DNA from: Spirochaetia bacterium
GTDB lineage: Bacteria > Spirochaetota > Spirochaetia > SZUA-6 > Bin103
Assembly (NCBI GenBank): GCA_965203905.1
Contig: CBDBDQ010000005.1
Span: 640,001-704,000, forward strand
Direction of reading: 5' to 3'
Length of the DNA stretch: 64,000 bases
The notes under the pieces are model-generated. The model ran no database searches, was not told the DNA's origin, and saw nothing but the letters and a program-made list of their open reading frames with translations. This document shows, piece after piece, positions 37,606 to 48,053 of this stretch. Made by a program: the position numbers and the translations under genes. The stretch's first letter is position 1. Every line of letters begins with the position of its first letter.

Positions 37606-38634
37606 TCAGCCTCCGACCGCGCGCGCCACGGGCAGGGCGAAGTAGGTGAGGATCAGGTCAGCGCCGGCGCGCTTGATGGCGGTTACCGTCTCCAGCATCA
37701 CGGCGTTCTCGTCGAGCCAGCCGCGCGCCGCCGCCGCCTTGATCATGGCGTACTCCCCGCTCACCTGGTATGCGGCCACCGGCACGGTCGACTCTGCCTT
37801 CACCGCCGCCACCACGTCCAGGTAGGGCAGCGCCGGCTTCACCATCACCATGTCGGCGCCCTCGTCCAGGTCCAACAGGATCTCGCGCAGGGCCTCGCGG
37901 CGGTTGGCCGGATCCATCTGGTAGCTCTTCTTGTCGCCGTGCTTGGGCGCCGAGTCGAGGGCGTCGCGGAACGGGCCGTAGAACGCCGAGGCGTACTTGG
38001 CGCTGTAGGCGAGGATGCCCACCTCGGTGAATCCGGCGTCGTCCAGGGCGTCGCGGATATACCCGACACGGCCATCCATCATGTCGGAGGGCGCCACCAG
38101 GTCAGCCCCCGCCTGCGCCTGCGCTACCGCCATGTCGCAGAGAATGTCGACGCTCTCGTCGTTGACGATCCTGCCGTCCACTACCAGGCCGTCGTGGCCG
38201 TCGCTGGAGTAAGGGTCCATGGCCACGTCGGTGATCACCAGGAGCTCCGGCAGCGCCTCCTTCAAGTCGCGCACCGTGCGCTGCAGCAGGCCGTCGGGGT
38301 TGGCCGACTCGGTGGCGTGGCTGTCCTTGAGCGAGTCGGCCACCACCGGGAACAGCGCTACCGCGGGGATGCCCAGGGCGTGCGCGGCGCGCGCCCGGGC
38401 CACGACGCGGTCCGGGCTCAGGCGGCTGGTGTCGGGCATCGAGGCCACCGGCTCCTCCAGGTCGGAGCCGTCCACCACGAACAGCGGCAGCACCAGGTCC
38501 GCCGGGGTGACATGCGTTTCCCGTACCAGCGCCCGCAGGGCCGCGGTGCGGCGGTTGCGGCGCGGCCGGATCGGCAGGTCCAGTTGCCCGCCGGAACGCG
38601 TCGGCGAGCCGTTGTGGGAGCTGTGGGAGGCCAT
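37606..38634 (-). CDS. hemB: Porphobilinogen synthase
   Basis: 'RPRRNR', 'DVAMDPYSSDGHDG', 'PSDMMDGR', 'SAKYASAFYGPFRDA', 'MVKP', 'AYQVSGEY'. Confidence 0.97.
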   Translation of the reverse strand: MASHSSHNGSPTRSGGQLDLPIRPRRNRRTAALRALVRETHVTPADLVLPLFVVDGSDLEEPVASMPDTSRLSPDRVVARARAAHALGIPAVALFPVVADSLKDSHATESANPDGLLQRTVRDLKEALPELLVITDVAMDPYSSDGHDGLVVDGRIVNDESVDILCDMAVAQAQAGADLVAPSDMMDGRVGYIRDALDDAGFTEVGILAYSAKYASAFYGPFRDALDSAPKHGDKKSYQMDPANRREALREILLDLDEGADMVMVKPALPYLDVVAAVKAESTVPVAAYQVSGEYAMIKAAAARGWLDENAVMLETVTAIKRAGADLILTYFALPVARAVGG

Positions 38635-38750
38635 GGCGCCGTTCAGTGTAGCTACCGCCCCCGGCGCCCCGCAACCGCCACGTACCGCCCGCCCACCGTG
38701 GCGCCCGTCACCTTCCCCAGCTCCTGTCGCCGACCTATACTGGCCTGACG

Positions 38751-39446
38751 ATGCCGACGCACCTGTCAGCCGGCGCCGACCTGGAGCGTGTGCTGCTTAC
38801 CGCCGAGGATTTCCTCGAATGGCTCGATCCGGAGGTCTCGGCCGACCTGATCGACGGAGAAATCTTCATGCACTCGCCCGTGTCCATCCGCCACGCCAAG
38901 CTGCTCAACTTCCTCGATCGCCTCCTCGGTACGTATGTGGACGAACTCGGACTTGGGCAACTGTTCCGAGAGGAGGTCGCGGTCCGACTCAGTTCGCGGA
39001 ACGTGTATCTTCCGGATTTGGCGTTTTATCGTGCCGAACGTGAGGATCGGATCCACGAAAATCATGTCGAAGGCGCACCCGACCTGGTGGTCGAGGCGTT
39101 GAGCCCGCGGACCGCCGACCGCGATGTGGGGGTCAAGTTCGCCGAGTACGAGCAGCACGGCGTTACCGAGTACTGGGTGCTGGATCCCGAGACCCTGGCC
39201 CACCGCTTCTACCGCCGTGACGGCGAGCTGCTGGTGGAGTACGCCGCGGGAGCGGCCAGGATCGAGTCTCGCATGGTGCCGGGATTCTTCGTTCTCCGGG
39301 AGTGGCTGGACCCGGAACGTACGCCCTCCATCCTGGAGTCGATCGCCCGGAATCCATGCCGCGCCAGCGCCGTAGGACGCGGCAACAACATGTTTCTCAC
39401 GGGGACCGAGTACTCTCCGACCACCACGAAATCGTTGCCGAGCTGA
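38751..39446 (+). CDS. Uma2 (DUF820) family endonuclease-fold protein
   Basis: 'DLIDG', 'PDL.F', 'GAPDLVVEALSP.T...D...K...Y...GV.EYWVLDP'. Confidence 0.9.
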   Translation: MPTHLSAGADLERVLLTAEDFLEWLDPEVSADLIDGEIFMHSPVSIRHAKLLNFLDRLLGTYVDELGLGQLFREEVAVRLSSRNVYLPDLAFYRAEREDRIHENHVEGAPDLVVEALSPRTADRDVGVKFAEYEQHGVTEYWVLDPETLAHRFYRRDGELLVEYAAGAARIESRMVPGFFVLREWLDPERTPSILESIARNPCRASAVGRGNNMFLTGTEYSPTTTKSLPS

Positions 39447-39497
39447 CGGCTCAGGGATAAGATGCCGCCACTGGCCCGCTCTTTGGGACGAACTGAG

Positions 39498-40298
39498 ATG
39501 CCGGAAGCGCTGCCCCTCGTGGCACAGCCCGATCTGCCCAGCCAGGTGCGCGCCGTGGAGGAGGACGGGTACGTCTACCTGCCGGCGGTGCTCGACGCGG
39601 AGCAGACCGCCGAGCTGCGGGCGCACATGGACCGGCTGCAGCCGAACCCCGAGAGCTTCGACCGCGGCCTGGACCTGGAAGCCGACGGCTTCATCAACCG
39701 CCACATCAACAACGCCTTCAACCGCGATCCCCACTTCGTCCAGTTTCTCGACTACCCGGGGGTCATCGAGATCGCCGAGGCGCTGCACGGCGGCGACTGC
39801 CACGTGATCGGCATGACGGCGTGGATGACCGGACCGGGGCGTCCGGACCAGGGCCTGCACGCGGACTGGCAGCCGCTCACCCTGCCCGAGGACGTGATGG
39901 CCGACCCGCGGGTGCGCATCCCCGTGTACATCTCCACCGCCCACTTCTACCTGGACGACCTCACCGAGGAGCTCGGCCCCACCCGCTTCGTGCCCGGCAG
40001 CCACCGCGCCGGCCGCGCCCCCAACGGCGACACCACCTGGAATGGGCGCGGCGAGCAGAGCATTCTGTGCAACGCGGGAGACGTGGTGATCTTCCGCAGC
40101 GAGGTGTGGCACCGCGGCACCGCCAACCACAGCGACCGGGTGCGCTACCTGCTGCAGGTGCACTACTCCCAACGCGGGATCGCGCAGCGGTTCCCGCCCT
40201 ACCTGCACCGCTTCAATGTCGATCCCGAGATCGTGGCGATCACGACCGAACGCCAGCGGCGAATGCTGGGGGATCACCCGATGGGGAACTACGATTGA
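39498..40298 (+). CDS. Phytanoyl-CoA dioxygenase (PhyH) family protein
   Basis: 'LHAD', 'YLDD.T...GPT..VPGSH', 'AGDV..F...VWHRG..N'. Confidence 0.9.
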   Translation: MPEALPLVAQPDLPSQVRAVEEDGYVYLPAVLDAEQTAELRAHMDRLQPNPESFDRGLDLEADGFINRHINNAFNRDPHFVQFLDYPGVIEIAEALHGGDCHVIGMTAWMTGPGRPDQGLHADWQPLTLPEDVMADPRVRIPVYISTAHFYLDDLTEELGPTRFVPGSHRAGRAPNGDTTWNGRGEQSILCNAGDVVIFRSEVWHRGTANHSDRVRYLLQVHYSQRGIAQRFPPYLHRFNVDPEIVAITTERQRRMLGDHPMGNYD

Positions 40299-41188
40299 GC
40301 GACCACCCCTGGCGCCTGGGCGTCGTGACCGACGAGATTGCGGCGGACCCGACTGTGGCCCTGCCGGCGGCGCGCGCGATGGGCTTGACCCACGTCGAGC
40401 TGAACCGGGTCGGCGACCTCGGAATCCATGAGCTGGACGACGCCGGCGTGGCCGAGTTGCGGCGCATGCTCGAGGCGGAGGGGCTGCAGGTAGTGGCCGT
40501 GGATCCGCCCGCCTTCAAGGCGATCGAGCTGGACGATGTACCGGTCGCGGAGGTGACCGGTCACCCGGCGGTGGTCGAGCACCTCGGCCAGATCCGCAGC
40601 GGCTGCCAGGTGGCGTGCGAGTTGGGAGCCGGCATCGTGCGCGTGTTCTCGTTCCGGCGCAGCAACATGGTCGGAGCCGGCAACCCCTCGCCGCGCGAAC
40701 CGGGGGGCGGCACCATCCCGGATGACCTGCTGCCGAAGATCGTCGCCGGGCTGCGTGCCGCGGTGGCGATCGCCGACGAACACCAGGTGACCCTCGGGCT
40801 GGAGAACGTGCGCTCCTGCTGGGGCAACTCCGGGCCCAACGCGGCGCGCATCCTGGCCGCCGTGGACCACCCCCGCCTGCGTGCCATCTGGGACCCCGGC
40901 AACGACTACGTCTCCGGCGGCGTGCCCTACCCCGACGGCTACCGGGCGGTGCTCCCCTACCTCGTGCACGTGCACGTGAAGGACGCCGCGGTGGTGGACG
41001 CCGCCACCGGCCTCACCCGCTGGGCCTGCATCGGCAGCGGCGGCGTGGACTACGCCGGCCAGATCGCCGCCCTGCGCCGCGACGGCTACGCTGGCGTGAT
41101 CAGCGTCGAGACCCACTGGCGCAAGCCCGGCGACGACGGTCCCGAGTCCACCCGCGACACCCTCGCCGGCCTGCGCCGCTTCCTGTGA
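40295..41188 (+). CDS. Sugar phosphate isomerase/epimerase (xylose-isomerase-like TIM barrel)
   Basis: TTG start overlapping upstream stop; 'VTDEI', 'LGLEN', 'WDPGN', 'HVHVKD', 'SVETH'. Confidence 0.88.
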   Translation: MSDHPWRLGVVTDEIAADPTVALPAARAMGLTHVELNRVGDLGIHELDDAGVAELRRMLEAEGLQVVAVDPPAFKAIELDDVPVAEVTGHPAVVEHLGQIRSGCQVACELGAGIVRVFSFRRSNMVGAGNPSPREPGGGTIPDDLLPKIVAGLRAAVAIADEHQVTLGLENVRSCWGNSGPNAARILAAVDHPRLRAIWDPGNDYVSGGVPYPDGYRAVLPYLVHVHVKDAAVVDAATGLTRWACIGSGGVDYAGQIAALRRDGYAGVISVETHWRKPGDDGPESTRDTLAGLRRFL

Positions 41189-42063
41189 GCAAGCCAGCGC
41201 TCGCCCACACCGACGTACCGGTCGAGGTTCGCAACCTGCGCAAGCGTTACGGGAAGGGCGCGTGGGCCAACGACGGCATTTCGTTCGCCGCGCTCGGCGG
41301 GGAGATTCTCGGCATCGTCGGCCCCAACGGCGCCGGCAAGACCACCCTGATCCGCCAGATCACCACCGAGCTGCGCCCCACCTCGGGCGAGGTACGGGTG
41401 TTCGGAATCGACGCGGTCGCGCGGCCGCATGCCGTCAAACAGATGATGGGCGTGATGCCGCAGGAGGCCACCCTGTACTGGGGCCTGTCGGTGCGCCATC
41501 ACCTGCGCATCTTCGCCAAGCTGCGCGGCCTGCGCCGGCGGGCCGCAGCGCGCCGTTGCGAGGAGTTGATCGCCGAACTGGGCCTGCAGGAGCACCGCGA
41601 CAAGAGCACGGAGACCCTTTCGGGAGGGCTGCGGAGGCGCGTGCTGCTGGGCATCGCCGCGGTGGCCGATTCGCCGCTCCTTATCCTCGACGAGCCCAGC
41701 GTCGGCCTCGACCCGGAGGCACGACGCGACCTGTGGGAGCTGCTGCGCTCCTACCGGCAGCGCGGCAAGACCGTGCTGCTCTCTACCCACTACATGGAGG
41801 AAGCGGAAGCGCTCTGTTCCCGCGTCGGCATCATCCAGCGCGGCTCGTTGCGGGCGTTGGACACGGTCGAGAACCTGTATTCCGCGTACGGCTACGAGTA
41901 CAAGATCACCTTCGCCACCGCGGACGGCGGCGAGACCCTCTACGGCAATGACGACCGGCTGCTGGTGCGGCAGGCCCAGGAACGAGGCAGCGACCAGTAC
42001 AGCGTCTCGCGTACCACCCTGGAGGACGTCTACCTCGGCCTGATCCAGGGGGCCGGGGAATGA
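41185..42063 (+). CDS. ABC exporter ATP-binding protein
   Basis: 'GPNGAGKTT', 'LSGG', 'LDEP..GLDP', 'STHYMEEAE'. Confidence 0.93.
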   Translation: MSKPALAHTDVPVEVRNLRKRYGKGAWANDGISFAALGGEILGIVGPNGAGKTTLIRQITTELRPTSGEVRVFGIDAVARPHAVKQMMGVMPQEATLYWGLSVRHHLRIFAKLRGLRRRAAARRCEELIAELGLQEHRDKSTETLSGGLRRRVLLGIAAVADSPLLILDEPSVGLDPEARRDLWELLRSYRQRGKTVLLSTHYMEEAEALCSRVGIIQRGSLRALDTVENLYSAYGYEYKITFATADGGETLYGNDDRLLVRQAQERGSDQYSVSRTTLEDVYLGLIQGAGE

Positions 42064-42830
42064 GCAGCGCCGTATCGGGAAGCCTCCGTCCCCTGGGGCT
42101 GCGCAAGTTCCTGGGAGACGTGGTCAGCATCTTCCAGATCAACGCCATCCCGGCGCTCCGGCATTGGTACGTCACCGTGCTCGCCGCGGCGCTGATCCCG
42201 GTTCCCTGGTTCTACGTCACCCGCACCATCGCCCCGGAAGATCCGCAGGTGCTGCGCCGGCTGATGGCGGGCACGCTGGTGTTCGGCGTCACCTTCTCCA
42301 TCGGCATGTTCGTGGGCCAGAACTGGGTAGGGCAGCGCTTCAACGGCAGTCTCAAGCTGCTGATCGCCATGCCGGTGTCGAAGGGCTCCTACATCCTGGG
42401 CTCGCTGCTCTACTCGGCTCTGTCCGGAGCCGTCATCATCCCCGCCCTGTTCGGCTTCGGGCTGCTGGCGGGCGTGCAGACCCACCTTACCTGGGGGCTC
42501 GCCCCCACCCTGGCGCTGGCGGTGCTGACGATGGCCGGTCTCACCCTGTTCGTGGTCAGCTTCGCGCCCTCGGCTCAGGTGGGGAATCTCATCACGGCGC
42601 TCCTGTCCCTGGTGCTGGCCGCCCTGTCGCCGGTCTACTTCACGATGGAGCAGTCGCCGCTGCTGCTCAAGCTGCTCGGCTACGTGTCGCCGCTGCGCTA
42701 CGCCGCCGACGGCATCACCAAGTCGCTGTCCGGGCAGACCGACGTCTGGTTCGAGCTGGCGGTGCTGGCGGGGTTCGCCCTGGTCACCATGGCCCTGGGC
42801 ACCTGGCGGCTCCCCTGGCGCGAGGATTGA
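42060..42830 (+). CDS. ABC-2 type permease
   Basis: About six TM helices; 'LSPVYF', 'SPL.YAAD'; coupled to ATPase. Confidence 0.88.
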   Translation: MSSAVSGSLRPLGLRKFLGDVVSIFQINAIPALRHWYVTVLAAALIPVPWFYVTRTIAPEDPQVLRRLMAGTLVFGVTFSIGMFVGQNWVGQRFNGSLKLLIAMPVSKGSYILGSLLYSALSGAVIIPALFGFGLLAGVQTHLTWGLAPTLALAVLTMAGLTLFVVSFAPSAQVGNLITALLSLVLAALSPVYFTMEQSPLLLKLLGYVSPLRYAADGITKSLSGQTDVWFELAVLAGFALVTMALGTWRLPWRED

Positions 42831-43729
42831 GCGCTCTGTCGGGCGACACGACGGGCGCCGTGACACCCGCCGAGCTGTGGTGCGAATACGCGGTCGACCC
42901 GCTCGGCATCGACGTACCGGAGCCGCGCTTCAGTTGGATCCTCGATTCGAGCCGGCGCGGCGAGCTGCAATCCGCTTACCGGATCCTGGTCGCCAGCAGT
43001 GAAGAAATCCTGCGCGGCGACGGCGGCGACAAGTGGGACAGCGGAGTGGTCACCTCCGACCAGTCGGTGAACGTCGCCTACGCCGGCGCGGCCCTCGCGA
43101 GTGGCGAGCGCTGCTTCTGGAAGGTGCGGGTCTGGGACGGCCGGGGCGCCGCGGCGGCGTGGAGCGCCGGAGCCAGCTTCGAGATGGGGCTGCTCGATCC
43201 CCGCGACTGGAACGGCATCTGGATCGGCGCCGACAGCGACCTCGCGGCGCCGCTGCTGCGCAAGGAATTCACCCTCCAGCGGCCGGTCGCCCGGGCGCGG
43301 CTCTACCTGTGCGGGCTGGGACTGTACGAGCTGTCGATCAACGGCGCGCGCGTCGGCGACCGGGTGCTCGATCCGGCGCTGACCGACTACCGCGTGCGCG
43401 TGCCCTACGTCACCCACGACGTGACCGGCGACGTGACCTGGGCGCGGGCGAGCATCCGGACCGTGCGCGGCACGGTTGCAGCGAGCTGGCGACTGACCGG
43501 CGACTCGCTCGCCGTGAAGGTGGAGATACCGGTCAACAGCCGCGCCACGCTCTGCATCCCCAAGCTGGGCTGGCACAACGTGACCGTAAGAGAGCAGGGA
43601 CAGGTGTTGTTCCGCAACGGTGACCTCAGCGGCACCGTCGCCGGAGTGCAGGGCGGGAGCGAGAACACCGCCCAGGTCGAGCTGCGCATCGGCTCGGGTG
43701 CCTACACCTTCACCCTCACTCCCGACTGA
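42827..43729 (+). pseudogene. GH78 alpha-L-rhamnosidase with in-frame loss of the catalytic core
   Basis: N-term 'L.CEY..DPLGID...PRFSW', 'WDSG.V.SDQS', 'LRKEF', 'GLGLYEL.ING', 'THDVT' joined directly to C-term 'WARAS..T.RG.V...W', 'IGSG.Y.F'; about 300 aa. Confidence 0.8.
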
Positions 43730-43776
43730 CACCCGGGTTCCCTTGTGGTCGGTTGGGCAGGTTGCGGTTATCCTGA

Positions 43777-44130
43777 TTGTGGAGCGCGACGTGTTACCCA
43801 CCCACACGGCAGGCGCTGACACGAGTCGGCGCGGCGATACGAGCACGGATCGAGAGGAGCGGGGACGATGTTCGGCTGGAGGGCATCTACGCCTTCGGGT
43901 CGCGCGTGCGCGGTGATCACAGGGGTGACTCGGACCTCGACCTGCTCGTGGTAGTAGGCGAGCGCACCCCGGAGGTGGAGCGCGTCGTCATTGACACCTG
44001 CGTGGAGGAAGAACTGCGCAGCGGCATTCCGTTCGATCCGGTGATCAAGGACTCCACCAGCTTCGCGCTGGAGCACCGCTACCACTCGCCCTTCTACGAG
44101 AACGTGTCGCGGGAAGGCATCGCCGTATGA
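43777..44130 (+). CDS. Minimal nucleotidyltransferase (MNT) antitoxin
   Basis: 'FGSRVRGD...DSDLDLLVV', C-term 'SPFY.NV.REGI'; start uncertain (RBS + GTG at 43791 is out of frame). Confidence 0.85.
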   Translation: MWSATCYPPTRQALTRVGAAIRARIERSGDDVRLEGIYAFGSRVRGDHRGDSDLDLLVVVGERTPEVERVVIDTCVEEELRSGIPFDPVIKDSTSFALEHRYHSPFYENVSREGIAV

Positions 44131-44209
44131 CGAGGAATGCGTGCAACGGGCGGACCGGCTGCTGAACCAGATCGATTCACTCCGCAGGCGGCTCGCCGCA
44201 GAACGGTAA
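44127..44209 (+). pseudogene. Relic of HEPN-like toxin
   Basis: ATGA-coupled start followed out of frame by an amphipathic terminal helix EECVQRADRLLNQIDSLRRRLAAER-stop; HEPN identity inferred from context. Confidence 0.5.
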
Positions 44210-44344
44210 CTGTCCGGCGGAACGGCGCCAGCAAATGCGGACGAACATCTCGGGCATCGGCGAGTGTGACCGGCTTGCACCCACCACTTGCGCAACCGGC
44301 GGGCGGGTGTGGGCCGGTGGCGACAGCGGGCATCGGCATCGGGG

Positions 44345-44371
44345 TGTCGATTTCGGCGCACGCCGCTCGTC
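44345..44371 (+). promoter_or_regulatory. ECF42-type promoter
   Basis: TGTCGA-17 bp-CGTC upstream of the yciI-sigma operon, matching the known ECF42 motif. Confidence 0.7.
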
Positions 44372-44425
44372 GTAATCATGAGGCCCATGGAACGGGCCCC
44401 GAACTCAATCCTTTGGAGGTATACC

Positions 44426-44806
44426 ATGAGGTACCTGTGTCTGCTGTACGACAATGAGGCGGGGATGGCCGACGTTACCCGGGAACAGATGGCGGAGGCG
44501 ATGAAGGTGTGGGGGGCTTTCGACGAGGAGCTCACCAAGGCCGGCGTCAAGCTCGGTGGCGAGGCTCTGCGTCCGACCAGCAGCGCAACGTCCGTCTCCC
44601 GCCGGGGAGAGGAACTCGTCACCACCGACGGACCGAACGCCGAGACCAAGGAGCAGCTTGGCGGCTATTACCTGATCGAGGCGAAGGACCTGGACGAGGC
44701 GATCGAGTGGGCGGCGAAGATCCCGACTACCAGGGAAGGCGGCACCGTGGAGATCAGGCCGATCTACGAGATGGCCGACATGATGAAGGACGCCGGTATG
44801 GGGTAG
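44426..44806 (+). CDS. YciI/DGPF family protein
   Basis: 'MRYLCLLY', 'GGEAL', '[17 protein letters not shown]', 'VEIRP'. Confidence 0.92.
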   Translation: MRYLCLLYDNEAGMADVTREQMAEAMKVWGAFDEELTKAGVKLGGEALRPTSSATSVSRRGEELVTTDGPNAETKEQLGGYYLIEAKDLDEAIEWAAKIPTTREGGTVEIRPIYEMADMMKDAGMG

Positions 44807-44843
44807 TGCGCCGGCGCGGCGGAGGCGGAGGATCGGCGGTAGG

Positions 44844-46127
44844 ATGATTTCGGCCGCCGCCGCGGCCGCTGCCGCGGAACGCACCTTTCGCGCGGAGTCC
44901 GGGCGCATCGTTGCTGCGCTGATCCGCGTGTTCGGCGACTTCGACCTGGCCGAAGACGCGATGCAGGACGCTCTCGCCGTTGCCATGGACCGCTGGCAGC
45001 GCGACGGCATGCCGGCCAATCCGGCAGCGTGGATCACCACCACGGCCAGGCGCAAGGCGATCGACCGCCTGCGGCGGGACCGGCTCGGTATCGCGAAGCT
45101 CCAGGAGCTTGGCCGCCAGGCCGCCCTGACCGCCGCGGACGACGAGATGCCCGACGGGCACGACCACGGCGCGCTGACCGACGACCGGCTGCGCCTGATC
45201 TTCACCTGCTGCCATCCCGCGCTCAAGCTGGAGGCACGGGTGGCGCTGACCCTGCGCACACTCGGAGGCCTCACGACGCGGGAGATCGCGCACGCGTTCC
45301 TGGTGCCGGAGCCGACCATGGCGCAACGGCTGGTGCGCGCCAAGCGCAAGATACGCGCCGCCAACATCCCGTACCGGGTGCCGCCGGCCCATCTCCTGCC
45401 GGCGCGCCTGGAGGCGGTGCTCGTCGTGATCTATCTCGTGTTCAACGAGGGCTACGCGGCGACTGAGGGCGGCGCGCTGCTGCGGACCGATCTGACTACC
45501 GAAGCGATCCGCCTGGGCCGAGTGCTGCACGAGTTGATGCCGGAGGAGCCGGAAGCGACGGGATTGCTGGCGCTCATGCTGCTGCAGGACTCGCGGCGCG
45601 CGGCGCGGACCGATGCGCACGGCGACCTGGTCGTGCTGGAGCGGCAGGACCGGTCGCAGTGGGACCGCGGCCGGATTCGGGAAGGGTCGGAGCTGGTGGA
45701 GGCCGCTTTGCGCCGCCGGCGCCCGGGACCGTACCAGGTGCAGGCGGCCATCGCCGCACTCCACGCGCAGGCCCGGCGCCCGCAAGAAACGGACTGGAAG
45801 CAGATCGCCGGGCTGTACGCCACCCTGATGCGGTTGGCGCCGACACCGGTCGTCGCCCTCAACCGGGCGGTGGCGGTGGCGATGTCCGGGCGGCTGGAGA
45901 CCGGGCTGGAGCTGATCGAGGCGCTGCGCGCCGACGGGCGGCTGGACCGCTACCATCTCCTGCACGCCGCGCGCGCCGACCTGCTGCGACGGCTCGTCCG
46001 TTACGACGAGGCGGCCGCCGCGTACCGCGCCGCGCTGGCACTGGCCGCCAACACGTCCGAGCGCCGCTACCTGACCCGGCGCCTGGCCGAGGTGTCAGGA
46101 GGACGGGCGGCGCCGTCGCCGACGTAG
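44844..46127 (+). CDS. ECF sigma factor with C-terminal TPR extension (ECF42-type)
   Basis: '[10 protein letters not shown]', '[15 protein letters not shown]', 'MAQRLVRAK', 'FNEGY', '[12 protein letters not shown]'. Confidence 0.93.
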   Translation: MISAAAAAAAAERTFRAESGRIVAALIRVFGDFDLAEDAMQDALAVAMDRWQRDGMPANPAAWITTTARRKAIDRLRRDRLGIAKLQELGRQAALTAADDEMPDGHDHGALTDDRLRLIFTCCHPALKLEARVALTLRTLGGLTTREIAHAFLVPEPTMAQRLVRAKRKIRAANIPYRVPPAHLLPARLEAVLVVIYLVFNEGYAATEGGALLRTDLTTEAIRLGRVLHELMPEEPEATGLLALMLLQDSRRAARTDAHGDLVVLERQDRSQWDRGRIREGSELVEAALRRRRPGPYQVQAAIAALHAQARRPQETDWKQIAGLYATLMRLAPTPVVALNRAVAVAMSGRLETGLELIEALRADGRLDRYHLLHAARADLLRRLVRYDEAAAAYRAALALAANTSERRYLTRRLAEVSGGRAAPSPT

Positions 46128-46240
46128 CGACCCGCCTGAGCCCCTCCACCGATCGACGGCGTGCACCGCCTGGGCGCATCGGCACCTGCCGGGCCACACG
46201 CACGCGCGGCACACGATGGCACTGAGGCTGATCGCCCCGC

Positions 46241-46268
46241 CTCCTTGCACCGCCGGCGGTGCAAGGAG
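46241..46268. repeat. Perfect 28-bp palindrome
   Basis: CTCCTTGCACCGCC|GGCGGTGCAAGGAG, between convergent genes. Confidence 0.9.
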
Positions 46269-46460
46269 TTGCATCAGCAGGCTCTCGGGCGAGTCAAGCG
46301 CGACTATGAGCGCCGCCGGGAGGGTTTCCGAAGGCGTGGCGGCCTCATGTGGCAACCCCGCACCCTATCCCGGGCTCGTCCGCGCTTCAGGTCCTGGCGG
46401 CGCTGGTGAGCAACCGCCAAGTGCCGGTACGAGAGAATGACGCGACGGTGAGCGGCCCGC

Positions 46461-47939
46461 TCAGAACTTGCGCGACCAGTCCGCGGGCCAGCGTTCCACC
46501 ACCACCTTGGTCTGGGTGAAGAACTCGACCGCGTGCTTGCCCTGGCCGTGCAGCACGCCGAAAAAGCTGCGGCGCCAGCCGGAGAACGGGAAATAGGCCA
46601 TCGGCGCGGCGACGCCGATGTTGATGCCGATGTTGCCCACGTCCGCAGCGTAGCGGAACTGGCGCGCGGCGCGGCCATCGGTGGTGAACAGGCAGGCCAT
46701 GTTGCCATAGCGGCCCGAGTTCACCAGCGCGATGGCATCCTCCACGGTGTCCACCTGCATCAGCCCGAATACGGGCCCGAAGATCTCGGTGGTGGCCACG
46801 GTGCTGTCGGGAGGGACGTCCGCGAGCAGCGTGGGGCGCACGAACGAGCCTCCCTCCAGGCCGGGAATGGAGGTGCCGCGGCCGTCCACCACGACCCGCG
46901 CCCCCTCCTGCTCGCCGACGCCGATCAGGCGCTCGATGCGCTGCTTGCTGGCCTGGGTGATCACCGGGCCCATCTCCACCGACTCGTCCAGGCCGTCGCC
47001 GACCACCCGGCTGGTGGCGGCCGCGGCCAGCGCCTCGGTGAAGGTGTCGCCCGCTGCGCCCACGGTAATCGCCAGGGATGCCGCCAGGCAGCGCTGGCCG
47101 GCGTTGCCGTAACCGGAGTCGACCGTGATCTGGGTGGTCATGTCGATCTCGGCGTCGGGCAGCACCACGAGCGGGTTCTTGGCGCCGCCCTGCGCCTGCA
47201 CCCGCTTGCCGGAAGCCGAGGCGCGGGCATAGACGTGCTCGGCGACCGCGGTGGAGCCGACGAAGCTCACCGCGTGCACGCCGGGATGATCGAGCAGGGC
47301 GTTGACCGTGTCGGCGCCGCCGTTCACGACGTTGAACACCCCCGGCGGCAGGCCGGTCTCCTCGATCAGCCGGGTCACCAGTTGCAGGGTGATGGGCGTG
47401 CGGTCGGCGGGCTTGACGATCACCACGTTGCCGCACGCCAGGGCGTAGGGGAAGAACCAGAACGGGATCATCGCCGGAAAGTTGAACGGGCAGATGATGG
47501 CGCACACCCCCACCGGCTGGCGGATCATCAGCTCGTCGATGCCGCGCGAGACATCCTCCAGCACGTCGCCCTGCATCATGGTGGGGATGCCGCACGCCAC
47601 CTCCACGTTCTCGATGGCACGCGTCAACTCTCCGAGCGATTCTGAAAGAATCTTGCCGTTCTCGATGGTGATGGCCCGGCCCAGCTCCTGGGTCTCGCGC
47701 TCCAGCAGCGCCTTGAGCTTGAACAGGTACTGGATGCGGTCGCCCGGCGGCGTGCTGCGCCACTCCGGGTAGGCGGCGGCGGCCGCGGCGACGGCGCGGT
47801 CCACGTCGGCGGCGGTGGACTGCGGCACCGCCCCGAGGGTCTCGCCGGTAGCCGGATTGAGCACCGGCCGGGTGGCGGCGGCGCCATCGGACGCCCAGGC
47901 GCCGCCTACGTAATTTCGAATCTCATACGGTCCTGCCAT
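46461..47939 (-). CDS. mmsA: CoA-acylating methylmalonate/malonate-semialdehyde dehydrogenase
   Basis: '[10 protein letters not shown]', 'SFVGST', '[11 protein letters not shown]', 'AGQRCLA', 'EIFGPV', 'GINIGVAAP'. Confidence 0.92.
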   Translation of the reverse strand: MAGPYEIRNYVGGAWASDGAAATRPVLNPATGETLGAVPQSTAADVDRAVAAAAAAYPEWRSTPPGDRIQYLFKLKALLERETQELGRAITIENGKILSESLGELTRAIENVEVACGIPTMMQGDVLEDVSRGIDELMIRQPVGVCAIICPFNFPAMIPFWFFPYALACGNVVIVKPADRTPITLQLVTRLIEETGLPPGVFNVVNGGADTVNALLDHPGVHAVSFVGSTAVAEHVYARASASGKRVQAQGGAKNPLVVLPDAEIDMTTQITVDSGYGNAGQRCLAASLAITVGAAGDTFTEALAAAATSRVVGDGLDESVEMGPVITQASKQRIERLIGVGEQEGARVVVDGRGTSIPGLEGGSFVRPTLLADVPPDSTVATTEIFGPVFGLMQVDTVEDAIALVNSGRYGNMACLFTTDGRAARQFRYAADVGNIGINIGVAAPMAYFPFSGWRRSFFGVLHGQGKHAVEFFTQTKVVVERWPADWSRKF

Positions 47940-48053
47940 GGTGCGGCGAATATACCACACCATGGCAGGACCATGGCGCCCCGTGCCGGCGCGCCATGCG
48001 GGCCGGAGGATCGGACGATCCCCCGGCCGTTCGGGTCAGCTTCCGTACCCCGC

